Under the pieces are notes generated by a model that saw nothing but the letters and a program-made list of their open reading frames with translations, did not search any database and was not told where the DNA came from. A stretch of DNA of 61,006 nucleotides from positions 1-61,006 of the IMG/VR virus record IMGVR_UViG_3300028809_000015; one strand, 5' to 3'. This document shows positions 26,770 to 35,427 of this stretch, in pieces. Made by a program: the position numbers and the translations under genes. The stretch is from a virus. Its lineage: Duplodnaviria > Caudoviricetes. The first letter of the stretch is position 1, and each line of letters opens with the position of its first letter.

Positions 26770-27407
26770 CCACCTCCACCCTAAAGCCGTCCAGAAAGCC
26801 GGCAATTTCTCCGAAGCCGAAGCTGCACAAGTGCCGTGTATGCCAAGAGAAATTCCAGAGATCTCGCTCCATACAGCCGACCTGCGGAAAGATCGCATGT
26901 CAGCTTGCGTACGGCAAACAGGTAGCTGCCAAGTCTGCCGAAAAGCGGATGAAGGAGAAAAAGCGGGCAGAGGTGGCTCAAATAAAAGCGCGTAAGGATG
27001 CGATCAAGACGCGCTCTGACCATGTGCGCGAGGCGCAAGAGGCATTCAATGCGTACCGGCGTGCAGTGGCAAAGCAAGCCGGGTACGACTGCATATCAAG
27101 CGGGAAGCCATTGGACTGGAATGGGAATGGCGTCGATGCGGGGCACTACAGGAGCATTGGTTCTGCGCCCCATCTTCGATTTGACGAGAGAAACGTCCAT
27201 GCGCAATCGAAGCACGATAACCGATACCTGGCAGGTAATGCAGTGGATTACCGAATCGGCTTGATCAAGCGTATCGGGCTTGCGGAAGTCGAAGCGCTCG
27301 AAGCCGATCAAACCCCGCGTAAGTGGTCAATTGATGACCTAAAGGCAATCAAGGCTGAATACAAAGCCAAATTAAAGGCGCTGGCGATGGATAAGGGAGA
27401 GGCGTGA
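26766..27407 (+). CDS. ninG: NinG/Rap-family endonuclease
   Basis: CRVC..AQEAFNAY..CISSG..DAGHYRSIGSAPHLRFDERNVHAQ..YRIGLIKRIG. Confidence 0.93.
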   Translation: MTTSTLKPSRKPAISPKPKLHKCRVCQEKFQRSRSIQPTCGKIACQLAYGKQVAAKSAEKRMKEKKRAEVAQIKARKDAIKTRSDHVREAQEAFNAYRRAVAKQAGYDCISSGKPLDWNGNGVDAGHYRSIGSAPHLRFDERNVHAQSKHDNRYLAGNAVDYRIGLIKRIGLAEVEALEADQTPRKWSIDDLKAIKAEYKAKLKALAMDKGEA

Positions 27408-28432
27408 TGCGGGATTACGCAAAGGTAAGCCCGAAGTTCTGGACGGGCGAGAGCGGCAAGAAGATGCGTGGTCAAGTCGAGGCGCAGATCGTCGCCATGT
27501 ACCTGATGTCTTCGCCTCATTCGGACATGACAGGCGTCTATACCTGCCCAATGATTTATATCGCTTACGAAACTGGCCTGGGGATGGAAGGGGCTTCGAA
27601 GGGTCTTCAAAGGCTTATCGAGACTGATTTCTGCACCTATGAAGAGGTAAGCGAAACCGTATTCGTCCACGAAATGGCGAAATACCAGATTGGCGAAGAA
27701 CTGAAGGTAAATGACAACCAAGTAAAAAGCGTCAAAAAGGCTTACGCGTCTATGAAAGGCGTGATTCGCGAGCGCTTTTTTGCCCGGTACCACATCTCTT
27801 TTCATTTGGAAGGAGTGAGCCCCTTCGAAGCCCCTTCTAAGCCCCTTCGAAGCCAAGAGCAAGAGCAGAAACAAGAGCAGAAGCAAGAGCAAGCCCAAGC
27901 AAGCGTGGGGGCTGTCACGGCTGCGCAGCTTTCCATCGCAATGCGAAAGGCCGGCGTCAACTCGCAACCTGCAGACCCACGCTTGATCGCTTTTGCCGAA
28001 CAGGGGGTTAGCGTTGAAACCGTTGAGGCGGCTTGCTCCGAGGCAAAGAAATCGAAACCGAACGAATCCATCGGTGTGGGCTACGTTGCGAAGATTCTGG
28101 AGCGCTGGGCGCGGGAAGCATCCGAGCTGAAAGCCAAAGGCGCGGTGACACCGAAGCGAGAGCCTGCATGGTGGCTAACGCCGGAAACAAAACTGGCGAA
28201 GGCTATGGAGGTGGGAGTCGGTCCCGCGAATCTCGGCGAATCAAATCCGGCATGGGAGGCGCGCATACGAGCCGCCATCGACAACGGCGGAAAGCCTCCG
28301 GTGCATAAGCAATCGCCGCCCGTCACCGTCATGGCTGCCGAGCCTAAACGGATTGAAGTTGAGCTGTCAGCAGAAGAAAAGGCTCATCGCAGTCAGGCAT
28401 TGAAAGCGGCTCTAAGTCGAGCCAGCGCATAA
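27404..28432 (+). CDS. Replication initiator (lambda O-like) with internal iterons
   Basis: MRDYAKVSPKFW N-terminal domain, QEQEQ linker, DnaD-like YVAKILERW motif. Confidence 0.8.
   Translation: MMRDYAKVSPKFWTGESGKKMRGQVEAQIVAMYLMSSPHSDMTGVYTCPMIYIAYETGLGMEGASKGLQRLIETDFCTYEEVSETVFVHEMAKYQIGEELKVNDNQVKSVKKAYASMKGVIRERFFARYHISFHLEGVSPFEAPSKPLRSQEQEQKQEQKQEQAQASVGAVTAAQLSIAMRKAGVNSQPADPRLIAFAEQGVSVETVEAACSEAKKSKPNESIGVGYVAKILERWAREASELKAKGAVTPKREPAWWLTPETKLAKAMEVGVGPANLGESNPAWEARIRAAIDNGGKPPVHKQSPPVTVMAAEPKRIEVELSAEEKAHRSQALKAALSRASA
27587..27893. repeat. Replication origin iterons
   Basis: Three tandem 11-bp AAGCCCCTTC(G/T) repeats at 27818-27854, an inverted degenerate cluster at 27587-27616, then A-rich CAAGAG repeats. 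Confidence 0.7.
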
Positions 28433-28446
28433 CGGAGGAACCAAAC

Positions 28447-28695
28447 ATGACCAAAAACACAGCAGGCGACCCGGACAAGCTGATCGACGGGCTGATCGAC
28501 CACTTGAGTCTGAAAAATGACGCGGCGCTGTCTCGCGCTTTGGATGTGGCGCCGCCCGTCATCAGCAAGATCCGCAACCGCAAGCTGCCGGTGGGGCCTT
28601 CGATCCTGGTGCGGATGCACGACGTTACCGGTCTGCCGATCAACGATCTGCGCAAGATGGCTGATCTACCTATACCGGCGCGGAAGGGGAACTGA
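28447..28695 (+). CDS. Small HTH protein of a type common in Oxalobacteraceae
   Basis: LKNDAALSRALDVAPPVISKIRNRKLPVGPSILVRMH. Confidence 0.8.
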   Translation: MTKNTAGDPDKLIDGLIDHLSLKNDAALSRALDVAPPVISKIRNRKLPVGPSILVRMHDVTGLPINDLRKMADLPIPARKGN

Positions 28696-28696
28696 A

Positions 28697-29086
28697 ATGA
28701 ACTCCAACCAGCGAGCAGAGCAGCGCAAATCCATGATCGTCGAAATCCTTGGCGCCAATGAAATGAGCCAAGACGCGATTGGCGAGCTTCTTGATGTTTC
28801 GAGGTCAACGGTTCGGAAGTACATCCTTGACCTGAAGGACGGCGGATTTATTTACGTCGCTCGATACACGGCATCCAAGCCTGGAAGCGATCTTGATACT
28901 GCGATGTACCGTGCGGGCGATCTTGAGGATGCCCCGATGCCGGAAAAAGTCAAAGTGTGGCACGAACGGTTTCTGGCGACGATACAGAAAAAACAAGATG
29001 CTGCGCCCAAGCCGCGCATCAATATTCACCGCCACTGGATGGATGTGGCTCTGTTTGGCGAGTACCAGCCATGTGCACCGACCTAA
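28697..29086 (+). CDS. Winged-HTH protein
   Basis: MSQDAIGELLDVSRSTVRKYILDL..HRHWMDVALFG. Confidence 0.75.
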   Translation: MNSNQRAEQRKSMIVEILGANEMSQDAIGELLDVSRSTVRKYILDLKDGGFIYVARYTASKPGSDLDTAMYRAGDLEDAPMPEKVKVWHERFLATIQKKQDAAPKPRINIHRHWMDVALFGEYQPCAPT

Positions 29087-29322
29087 ACACAGACATCTGC
29101 TGCCGATCCTGCCAACTGGCGGCGAATAGCCATGGATCGGCGGTTGATTACTGGTGTGTCGATTGCTGTGTACGGATGCTTTCGAGGCAAGTGACGGACG
29201 AAATGGTGGACGGACATCTTCGGAGCATCGAGCGGATTACAACGGAGAGGCCGGAGCATGCGGTGAAGGTGAAAGCAAAGTGGGGCGAGCTTGTGGCGAA
29301 ACGGGAAATTAAGGGGAAATGA
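29071..29322 (+). CDS. Cys-rich hypothetical protein
   Basis: CRSC..CVDCC. Confidence 0.55.
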   Translation: MCTDLNTDICCRSCQLAANSHGSAVDYWCVDCCVRMLSRQVTDEMVDGHLRSIERITTERPEHAVKVKAKWGELVAKREIKGK

Positions 29323-29467
29323 TGATTGAAATAATAAAAACACTCGTGGTCCTGTTAGCTGCGGGCATATGCGCCGGATTGTGCGGATTCGCGATCGCAT
29401 TTTGTCTGGCGGATCAAGTGGAGAGTGTGGATCAATGCCGGACGCTAAACGAAATGGTCAACCGCAA

Positions 29468-29626
29468 ATGACCTGGCTAACCAATCCCGCCATCTTTCTA
29501 TGGGCCGTCATCGTGCTATTTGCCCTATCTGCTGGCCGGTATGCATGGAATTTGGACTGGCCGAATGCGGGTTATTCCGCATGCGCTGCTCTGCTTAACG
29601 TATTTGTGGTGATGGGAGGGAAGTGA
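29468..29626 (+). CDS. Small membrane protein
   Basis: Two hydrophobic helices. Confidence 0.5.
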   Translation: MTWLTNPAIFLWAVIVLFALSAGRYAWNLDWPNAGYSACAALLNVFVVMGGK

Positions 29627-29770
29627 GATGACCGAAGAGCAAAAGATAAAGCTACTACTCCAGATCGTTGAGCAGCAGGGGCAGCTGATCGACATGAACT
29701 GGGCGATTGTGCGGATGCTGACGGAGCCCGGGAAAGATGACGACGATGGCGTATTGATCGCCACCATCCA

Positions 29771-29974
29771 ATGAAGAACGACGCCCTAGAAGAAATGCTC
29801 GCCATCCTGACCGCAGGTGGACGGGTGACGAATCAGCCAAGTAGCGCACTGCCTCAGCGCTCATACGGCGATCCGGCAAATACGGTGGAATTCCCAGCCG
29901 AGAGGGAGCGGAGGAGGAAGGCGAAAGAGGCGCGGAAGTTGGGTCGGGTGACTTATAGAGGGAAGGGGAAGTAA
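29771..29974 (+). CDS. Hypothetical basic protein
   Basis: Operon context. Confidence 0.55.
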   Translation: MKNDALEEMLAILTAGGRVTNQPSSALPQRSYGDPANTVEFPAERERRRKAKEARKLGRVTYRGKGK

Positions 29975-30520
29975 ATGGAACAGCTTTTCACGAATGCCAC
30001 CGAGGCGCTTATCTTTGCCTTCCGGTTCTCATCACAGCAATATGCGCTGTCGCCAACGGCGAAGATGATGAAGACGGGTATTGTCGGCTCAGGAAAAGGT
30101 CTTGTCTCCTTGGATGGGGCTGGTCAAGCCGGCTTCATCCGAGGGGAGATCGACCGCATGCCGTCACTCCGCAGGTCCTGCATCATCGCCCGTTATTCGC
30201 TAAAGCACGAAGAATGCTCGTGCTGTGGCGGGGAGAAGATGCTGGACGAGTACAAGGAGGCTGTTGCGAATCTTTCTGAGTGGGCTACGCAGTGGATTAC
30301 CGGTATGTCCGTTCGCACGATGCGGCACACCATCATTCGGGCATATTTTGAGCGCGGGGTGTCTATTAGGGAGGTTGCCGAACGCATCAATGTGCCGAAG
30401 TCCACCGCCTACGATCAAAAGAATTTAATTTGGGCGAAGTTGAAGCAGCTCGATTCGGAGGCGCAAAAAGAGGCATCTGACCGTCTGGATAAAATGTGCG
30501 GGTTTCAAGATGCTGCGTGA
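29975..30520 (+). CDS. Late antiterminator/regulator (Q-like)
   Basis: Last early-right gene; CSCC motif; C-terminal sigma-R4-like HTH; followed by promoter and terminator. Confidence 0.7.
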   Translation: MEQLFTNATEALIFAFRFSSQQYALSPTAKMMKTGIVGSGKGLVSLDGAGQAGFIRGEIDRMPSLRRSCIIARYSLKHEECSCCGGEKMLDEYKEAVANLSEWATQWITGMSVRTMRHTIIRAYFERGVSIREVAERINVPKSTAYDQKNLIWAKLKQLDSEAQKEASDRLDKMCGFQDAA

Positions 30521-30528
30521 GAAACTTC

Positions 30529-30557
30529 TTGCGCCGGACAAATATGTCCGCTATAGT
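30529..30557 (+). promoter_or_regulatory. Late promoter (pR'-like) with palindromic spacer
   Basis: TTGCGC-17-TATAGT; spacer contains CGGACA-AATA-TGTCCG. Confidence 0.75.
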
Positions 30558-30588
30558 GCCATTTCATATACACGTCATTAGTGTGTCT

Positions 30589-30622
30589 AAAGCCTGCCGC
30601 CTGAAAAGGTCGCGGGCTTTTT
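30589..30622 (+). terminator. tR'-like terminator
   Basis: AAGCCTGC..GCGGGCTTTTT about 30 nt after the late promoter. Confidence 0.7.
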
Positions 30623-30637
30623 GCATTGGAGGTCACC

Positions 30638-30820
30638 ATGCAGCAGCCGACCAAGCAAGACGAGCGCAAGATCATGCAGCAATTGCAAAAGGAGCGCGAG
30701 ACGCAAGACCGTAAAGACCCCCAGTGGATACGAGACTACTGGTCGCAGTCCACGCAGAGCGACAATGACCGCATCCGGCGGCATCTTGGCTTTGGTCTGC
30801 TGCACGGTAACGGATCATGA
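30638..30820 (+). CDS. Hypothetical protein
   Basis: GGAGG RBS; ..IRRHLGFGL. Confidence 0.65.
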   Translation: MQQPTKQDERKIMQQLQKERETQDRKDPQWIRDYWSQSTQSDNDRIRRHLGFGLLHGNGS

Positions 30821-30987
30821 CCTTTTGGCTGTGGTACTGGGTGATTGTTTGGTATCCGCCAGAGCCAGAGAAGAATTGAATCATCTGATAGCCGACTTAC
30901 CACGGATGGGGCCATAGGGCAGTGGGTAGCAGGGGAGTGGCGAACCCCGAACGGATAAGTAGCCTTTCACCACATGGAAGTGCCTTA

Positions 30988-31058
30988 TGTCGTGCAGCTA
31001 GCGGCAGGGGAAAAACATCAGCCGTAAAGCCAAACGGACGCCGGACGCTGTAACCGGC
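30988..31058 (+). ncRNA. Candidate kissing-loop RNA in the late leader
   Basis: Hairpin TGTCGT-GCAGCTA-GCGGCA, hairpin CCGT..ACGG, hairpin GCCGG-ACGCTGTAA-CCGGC; loops GCAGC/GCTGT are complementary. Confidence 0.45.
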
Positions 31059-31072
31059 ACGAATTCAGCACC

Positions 31073-31107
31073 AAGCCCGATACGGTTAGCCGGTCGGGCT
31101 TTTTATT
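31073..31107 (+). terminator. Intrinsic terminator
   Basis: AAGCCCGA..TCGGGCTTTTTATTT. Confidence 0.75.
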
Positions 31108-31117
31108 TGGGGCCGGC

Positions 31118-31342
31118 ATGTTTAATGTGAAAGCCATCTTTGGCCGCATGGCTAGATCGTGCTACGTCTCATGCTGGCTGAGCAGCTATCGGTGGTATCG
31201 AAAGCTCCATGGCGGACGATGGGAGCTGTGGTGGATTGGGCCGTGCGCAAGCGCCTTGTGGCTTGATATATGCGCAGAAATGCCGGACGACTACCGCCAA
31301 CCATGCTCAGAAGGGCCGAGAATAGCCCGCGAAGACTGGTAA
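31118..31342 (+). CDS. Trp-rich hypothetical protein (moron between terminators)
   Basis: 74-aa ORF flanked by terminator hairpins. Confidence 0.5.
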   Translation: MFNVKAIFGRMARSCYVSCWLSSYRWYRKLHGGRWELWWIGPCASALWLDICAEMPDDYRQPCSEGPRIAREDW

Positions 31343-31563
31343 TGACCGCATAGACGATTCATAAAGATTAATTAACAGTCTCCTCCCTCACATCTCCCAA
31401 GATGTGTTCGCCCGCACTGGTAACGGTAGCGGGCTTTTTATTTGCGGTACGCCAGAGCGCTCCAGTGGCGAATTACGGGCGCACTGCTCGACGAGCAAAG
31501 GCTTCACATGGACCTAGGGCCGTGAGGGAGCGCGGGCGGGCGGAAAATCAACTGAGGAAGAAT

Positions 31564-31842
31564 ATGAAAATCTGCATCCAGACGCAGGAAGACGGCACGT
31601 TCAGCGTGTACGACGAGGAAGTGGCCCCGCAGGGTGGCGAGGGTAATGTGAGTGGCGCCGAAACGCCTGCGCAGACCGCCGCAACCGCTGATGAGGCGCT
31701 TGAGATTGCGCGTGGCATGCTTGGTGGCGGTCAGGGGGGTGATGCGGAAGCCTTGTTCAAGGAGCCTGCGGCAGCAGTTCCAGCCGCCGATGCGATGCAA
31801 GCAGGATTCCGCAAGGGGCGCGGTGCGCCGGCGGGGTATTGA
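31564..31842 (+). CDS. Small acidic protein with a scaffold-like C-terminal motif
   Basis: GAGG RBS; ends AMQAGFRKGRGAPAGY. Confidence 0.7.
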   Translation: MKICIQTQEDGTFSVYDEEVAPQGGEGNVSGAETPAQTAATADEALEIARGMLGGGQGGDAEALFKEPAAAVPAADAMQAGFRKGRGAPAGY

Positions 31843-32114
31843 TCGTGATCGACTCTCAAGCCGCAGCCCAAGCCTGCGAGAACATCGCCAAGCGTCTTGC
31901 TGCGTTGCCTGTTGAGGTGCTACGTGAAGCAAAGCGCCGTGCTGAGATTGAGGCGCATAACGCTGAGGTGGATCGGAAGAAGGCCGAGCGGGAGAAAGAA
32001 AAGCGCTCCCGCAAGATGGCGAAAAAGCGCGCGGAGAATGCCGCTCGTGCCGCCAAGGAGAATAAGTTCATTGCCTTCGCTCATCCATCGGCGGAGTTGG
32101 ACCTGCGGGGCTGA
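31839..32114 (+). CDS. Hypothetical coiled-coil protein
   Basis: Overlaps the upstream stop; abuts terS. Confidence 0.55.
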   Translation: MIVIDSQAAAQACENIAKRLAALPVEVLREAKRRAEIEAHNAEVDRKKAEREKEKRSRKMAKKRAENAARAAKENKFIAFAHPSAELDLRG

Positions 32115-32116
32115 TC

Positions 32117-32746
32117 ATGGCAACGAAGAAGAAGCCAGCGAAGAACCCCGAACTGTCGGAAGATGGGAACTGTGAGATCACGCGCGGCAAGAAAGCCGCT
32201 GCAGCCAAGATCAAGGAACTGGTAACCGGCGCCGGGAAGAAAGCGCCCGTCAAGAAGGTCAAGGCAGAAAAAGCGCTTGAGCCAAAGCCGCTCGGGCGCC
32301 CAGCAATGTTCAGCCAGGCGCTTGCCGACACTATTTGCGAGCGAATCTCGGATGGCGAAAGCCTCCGGTCTATTTGCTCGGAAGAAATAATGCCGAATAA
32401 GGCCACTGTATTCCGGTGGCTGGCTTCGGACAAAGAGTTTAGCGACCAATACGCGCGCGCAAAGGAAGAGCAGGCGGAGACGCTGGCCGATGAGATTATC
32501 GAAATTGCGGACGATGGCCGGAACGACACGTATATCGATCATGAATCTGGCGTCGTCAAGACAGATCACGACGTTATTGCCCGCTCCAGGCTGCGCGTCG
32601 AGGCCCGCAAGTGGGTGGCCGCTAAGCTAAAGCCGAAGAAATACGGTGACAGGACGACGATTGCAGGGGATGCGGAGAGCCCGCTGGCGGTCTTGACCAT
32701 GGACCAGATCGCCGCGAACCCGAACAGCCGTCTCAAAGTGAAGTGA
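32117..32746 (+). CDS. terS: Terminase small subunit (Sf6 gp1-like)
   Basis: GRPAMFSQALADTICERISDGESLRSIC..FSDQYARAK..RKWVAAKLKPKKYGD. Confidence 0.93.
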   Translation: MATKKKPAKNPELSEDGNCEITRGKKAAAAKIKELVTGAGKKAPVKKVKAEKALEPKPLGRPAMFSQALADTICERISDGESLRSICSEEIMPNKATVFRWLASDKEFSDQYARAKEEQAETLADEIIEIADDGRNDTYIDHESGVVKTDHDVIARSRLRVEARKWVAAKLKPKKYGDRTTIAGDAESPLAVLTMDQIAANPNSRLKVK

Positions 32747-34236
32747 TTGAGGTCGTTGACTGCCTCGGGGATTGGCGCTGGAGGTTAGCCAATCTCTATT
32801 ACATCGTTGACGAGTTCGGCAAAAAGGTAAAGTTCAGCCCAAACGCCGAGCAGCTTGATCTGCTGTCGCACCTGCATTTCCTGAACTTGGTTTTGAAGGC
32901 GCGGCAGCTTGGTTTTACGACACTGATCGACCTTGTTGGCCTGGATCAGACGATTTTTACGCCGGACTTCTCGGCCGCGATCATCGCGCATGGCTTGAAC
33001 GAGGCCGGGAAGATCTTCCGGAATAAGGTCAAGTACCCGTGGGATAAGCTGCCGGACGGCGTCAAGGCGTTGAATCCACCGGTGAACCAGACAGCATCGG
33101 AGTTTGTGTTCTCGAATGGATCGTCTATCTCGGTGAGCACATCGGCGCGGTCAGGCACGTTGCAGTTCCTGCACATTTCAGAGTACGGGAAGATATGCCG
33201 GCGCTTCCCGGATAAGGCGAATGAGATTAAAACCGGCTCTCTGCCGGCGGTGCATGCGGGTGGCCTGATATTCATTGAGTCGACCGCAGAGGGAACTGGC
33301 GGCCACTTCTATGAGATGGTCAAAGAGGCCGAAAAGCGCGGCGTGCGGCCGCCGAATGATATGGAGTTCAAGCTCCATTTCTATCCGTGGTGGCGCAAAG
33401 AGTCGTACCGAATGGACCCTGATGGCGTGATCATCGAGCCGGAAGTCATCGAATACTTCAACGAGCTTGAAGAAAAGGGGATTTACGTCGATGACGCCCA
33501 GGTCGCTTGGTATGCCGCAAAGAAGCGTCTTCTAAAGGAAGACATGAAGCAGGAATATCCATCAACGCCGGAAGAGGCGTTCGAGGCGGCGATGCAGGAA
33601 AAATACTTTGCTGAACAGATGGCGGCGGCGCGGAAGCAGGACAGGATCAAGCCGATCCCGATCCTCACGAACAAGCGCGTCAATCTGTATTTCGACTTGG
33701 GGCGCGATACGACAGCGGTTTGGTTTCATCAGTACTCTGCGCTAGAGCATCGCATGATCGACTACCTGCAGGACTCAGGCAAAACGCTGGACTTCTATGC
33801 GCGTGAGATTCAGAAGCGCGGATACCTTCTCGGGAACATCTACTTGCCGCACGATGCTGAAGATCAGAGCGTTGTGACAACCATCACAGCAGAGGCGGAG
33901 ATTAGGCGCCTGTTCCCGGGCGTGAAGGTCCGGGTTGTACCGCGCATCCCGCAGAAGATGATGGCGATCAATGCTGCGCGGTCCCGTATCGCCGAATGCT
34001 ATTTCCATGAAGTGCAGTGCGCAAAGGGCATTGAATGCCTGGACAACTACCGCAAGAAGTGGAACGAGACGATCGGAAACTGGAGCGATGAGCCGGTGCA
34101 TGACCAGGCATCACACGGCGCTGACGCATACATGCAATTCGCGCAAGGGTGGGAGCCGTCGCACGAATTAGCGGATCGTCCTAAAGCTCCACGCATCGCC
34201 GGGTTCACTCCTTCCGATAGCGGGATGGGGTATTGA
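32743..34236 (+). CDS. terL: Terminase large subunit
   Basis: LKARQLGFTT Walker A, LHISE Walker B, ESTA motif III, nuclease FDLG..YLPHD..SHGADA. Confidence 0.95.
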   Translation: MIEVVDCLGDWRWRLANLYYIVDEFGKKVKFSPNAEQLDLLSHLHFLNLVLKARQLGFTTLIDLVGLDQTIFTPDFSAAIIAHGLNEAGKIFRNKVKYPWDKLPDGVKALNPPVNQTASEFVFSNGSSISVSTSARSGTLQFLHISEYGKICRRFPDKANEIKTGSLPAVHAGGLIFIESTAEGTGGHFYEMVKEAEKRGVRPPNDMEFKLHFYPWWRKESYRMDPDGVIIEPEVIEYFNELEEKGIYVDDAQVAWYAAKKRLLKEDMKQEYPSTPEEAFEAAMQEKYFAEQMAAARKQDRIKPIPILTNKRVNLYFDLGRDTTAVWFHQYSALEHRMIDYLQDSGKTLDFYAREIQKRGYLLGNIYLPHDAEDQSVVTTITAEAEIRRLFPGVKVRVVPRIPQKMMAINAARSRIAECYFHEVQCAKGIECLDNYRKKWNETIGNWSDEPVHDQASHGADAYMQFAQGWEPSHELADRPKAPRIAGFTPSDSGMGY

Positions 34237-34263
34237 GCGTAGAATAAAGGCTCGATTGGGAGG

Positions 34264-34536
34264 GTGATTATGACTTATTACTATGCTAGAACGCCCCTTT
34301 TAAAGGACGGGAAAATCGTTGCGTTGTGGGATGTGCCGTCACAAAGCTATGTCCCATTTTCCGGCATTGTTGCTCATCTTGAATACTTAGCCGAACAGGA
34401 TCAGCGGAACGCTGAGATGCGCGCGGCGTTGGATGCTGTTGCGCCACTAAATACAATCATTGCCTCGCCTGTGATGCGTGGTGATGAAGAAAAGCCCATC
34501 GACATCATGGCCGTGACGCGGGGGATGTGCAAATGA
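34264..34536 (+). CDS. Hypothetical protein
   Basis: GGAGG RBS; inserted between terL and the structural genes. Confidence 0.6.
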   Translation: MIMTYYYARTPLLKDGKIVALWDVPSQSYVPFSGIVAHLEYLAEQDQRNAEMRAALDAVAPLNTIIASPVMRGDEEKPIDIMAVTRGMCK

Positions 34537-34751
34537 GTTGGCTTAGATTCCATACGCCGCCAAGGCACTGGTTGCGCGGCGCCACTCTTACATCATTGTC
34601 GCCTCGCGGCAAATGGCTATATGAGCAATCACTCGCGCGGTATAACGCTTCACCGATGGGCGTAGAGATGGCTGCAACCGGGCGCGCTGTGATAGCTGCC
34701 GGCGAAATTGGAAAAATTGAGTCGTTTCGCTTCATAGTGACGCAACCGTAA
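34533..34751 (+). CDS. Small protein ending in a major-capsid-like motif
   Basis: ATGA overlap; C-terminus GEIGKIESFRFIVT. Confidence 0.6.
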   Translation: MSWLRFHTPPRHWLRGATLTSLSPRGKWLYEQSLARYNASPMGVEMAATGRAVIAAGEIGKIESFRFIVTQP

Positions 34752-34774
34752 CAAGCGCAAACCAAACAACTTAG

Positions 34775-34833
34775 AACCGCCTTCGGGCGGTTTTTGCATT
34801 TCAGAGCCTCGCAATCGCGGGGCTTTTTCATTT
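34775..34833 (+). terminator. Tandem intrinsic terminators
   Basis: AACCGCC-TTCG-GGCGGTTTTT and AGCCTCGC-AATC-GCGGGGCTTTTT. Confidence 0.8.
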
Positions 34834-34845
34834 TAAGGACGCGAC

Positions 34846-35427
34846 ATGCGCATCAGTGAATCCTACGCCTCATCTGCCGCAGATACGGATGGCTACGCGA
34901 ACGACGTAACAGCAAGTTCAGGCACCGCATTCACGTTGGCGGCGGACGAAACACCTGATTCGGTGGCGCACAAGATCATCATCACGCCGAGCGGTTCTGT
35001 TACTGGCAACTACGGCATTAGCGGCAAGGATGCTAACGGCGCGACCATTAGCGAAACGCTGGCGACAAACACCACAAATGCCGTCACGTCAGTCAACTAT
35101 TACATGTCAGACATTGTGGTTACTGCGCCGTCCGGTCTTGGCGCCGAGACTGTGGACATCGGCTGGACTGCTGCTGCTGTGACGCCAGCGATCAATATCA
35201 CGCCCTACTTGAAGCAAGGCTATTTCGCCATGGGCATTGCAGTTGAGGCGACCGGAACACCGGCCTATTCGCTCCAGCAGTCCTACGGCGGCGAATGGTT
35301 CAACCATGCCAGCATCGCAACCAAGACGGCCAGCGCTGATGGCTCGTTGTCATTCCCAGTTTCCGCAGTTCGCCTGATCTTTACTGCGGCTTCGACCGTG
35401 GTGATGAATCTGGTTCTACCTGGTTGA
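34846..35427 (+). CDS. Putative virion structural protein (beta-rich)
   Basis: Thr/Ala/Ser-rich; AAGGA RBS; precedes the portal. Confidence 0.65.
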   Translation: MRISESYASSAADTDGYANDVTASSGTAFTLAADETPDSVAHKIIITPSGSVTGNYGISGKDANGATISETLATNTTNAVTSVNYYMSDIVVTAPSGLGAETVDIGWTAAAVTPAINITPYLKQGYFAMGIAVEATGTPAYSLQQSYGGEWFNHASIATKTASADGSLSFPVSAVRLIFTAASTVVMNLVLPG

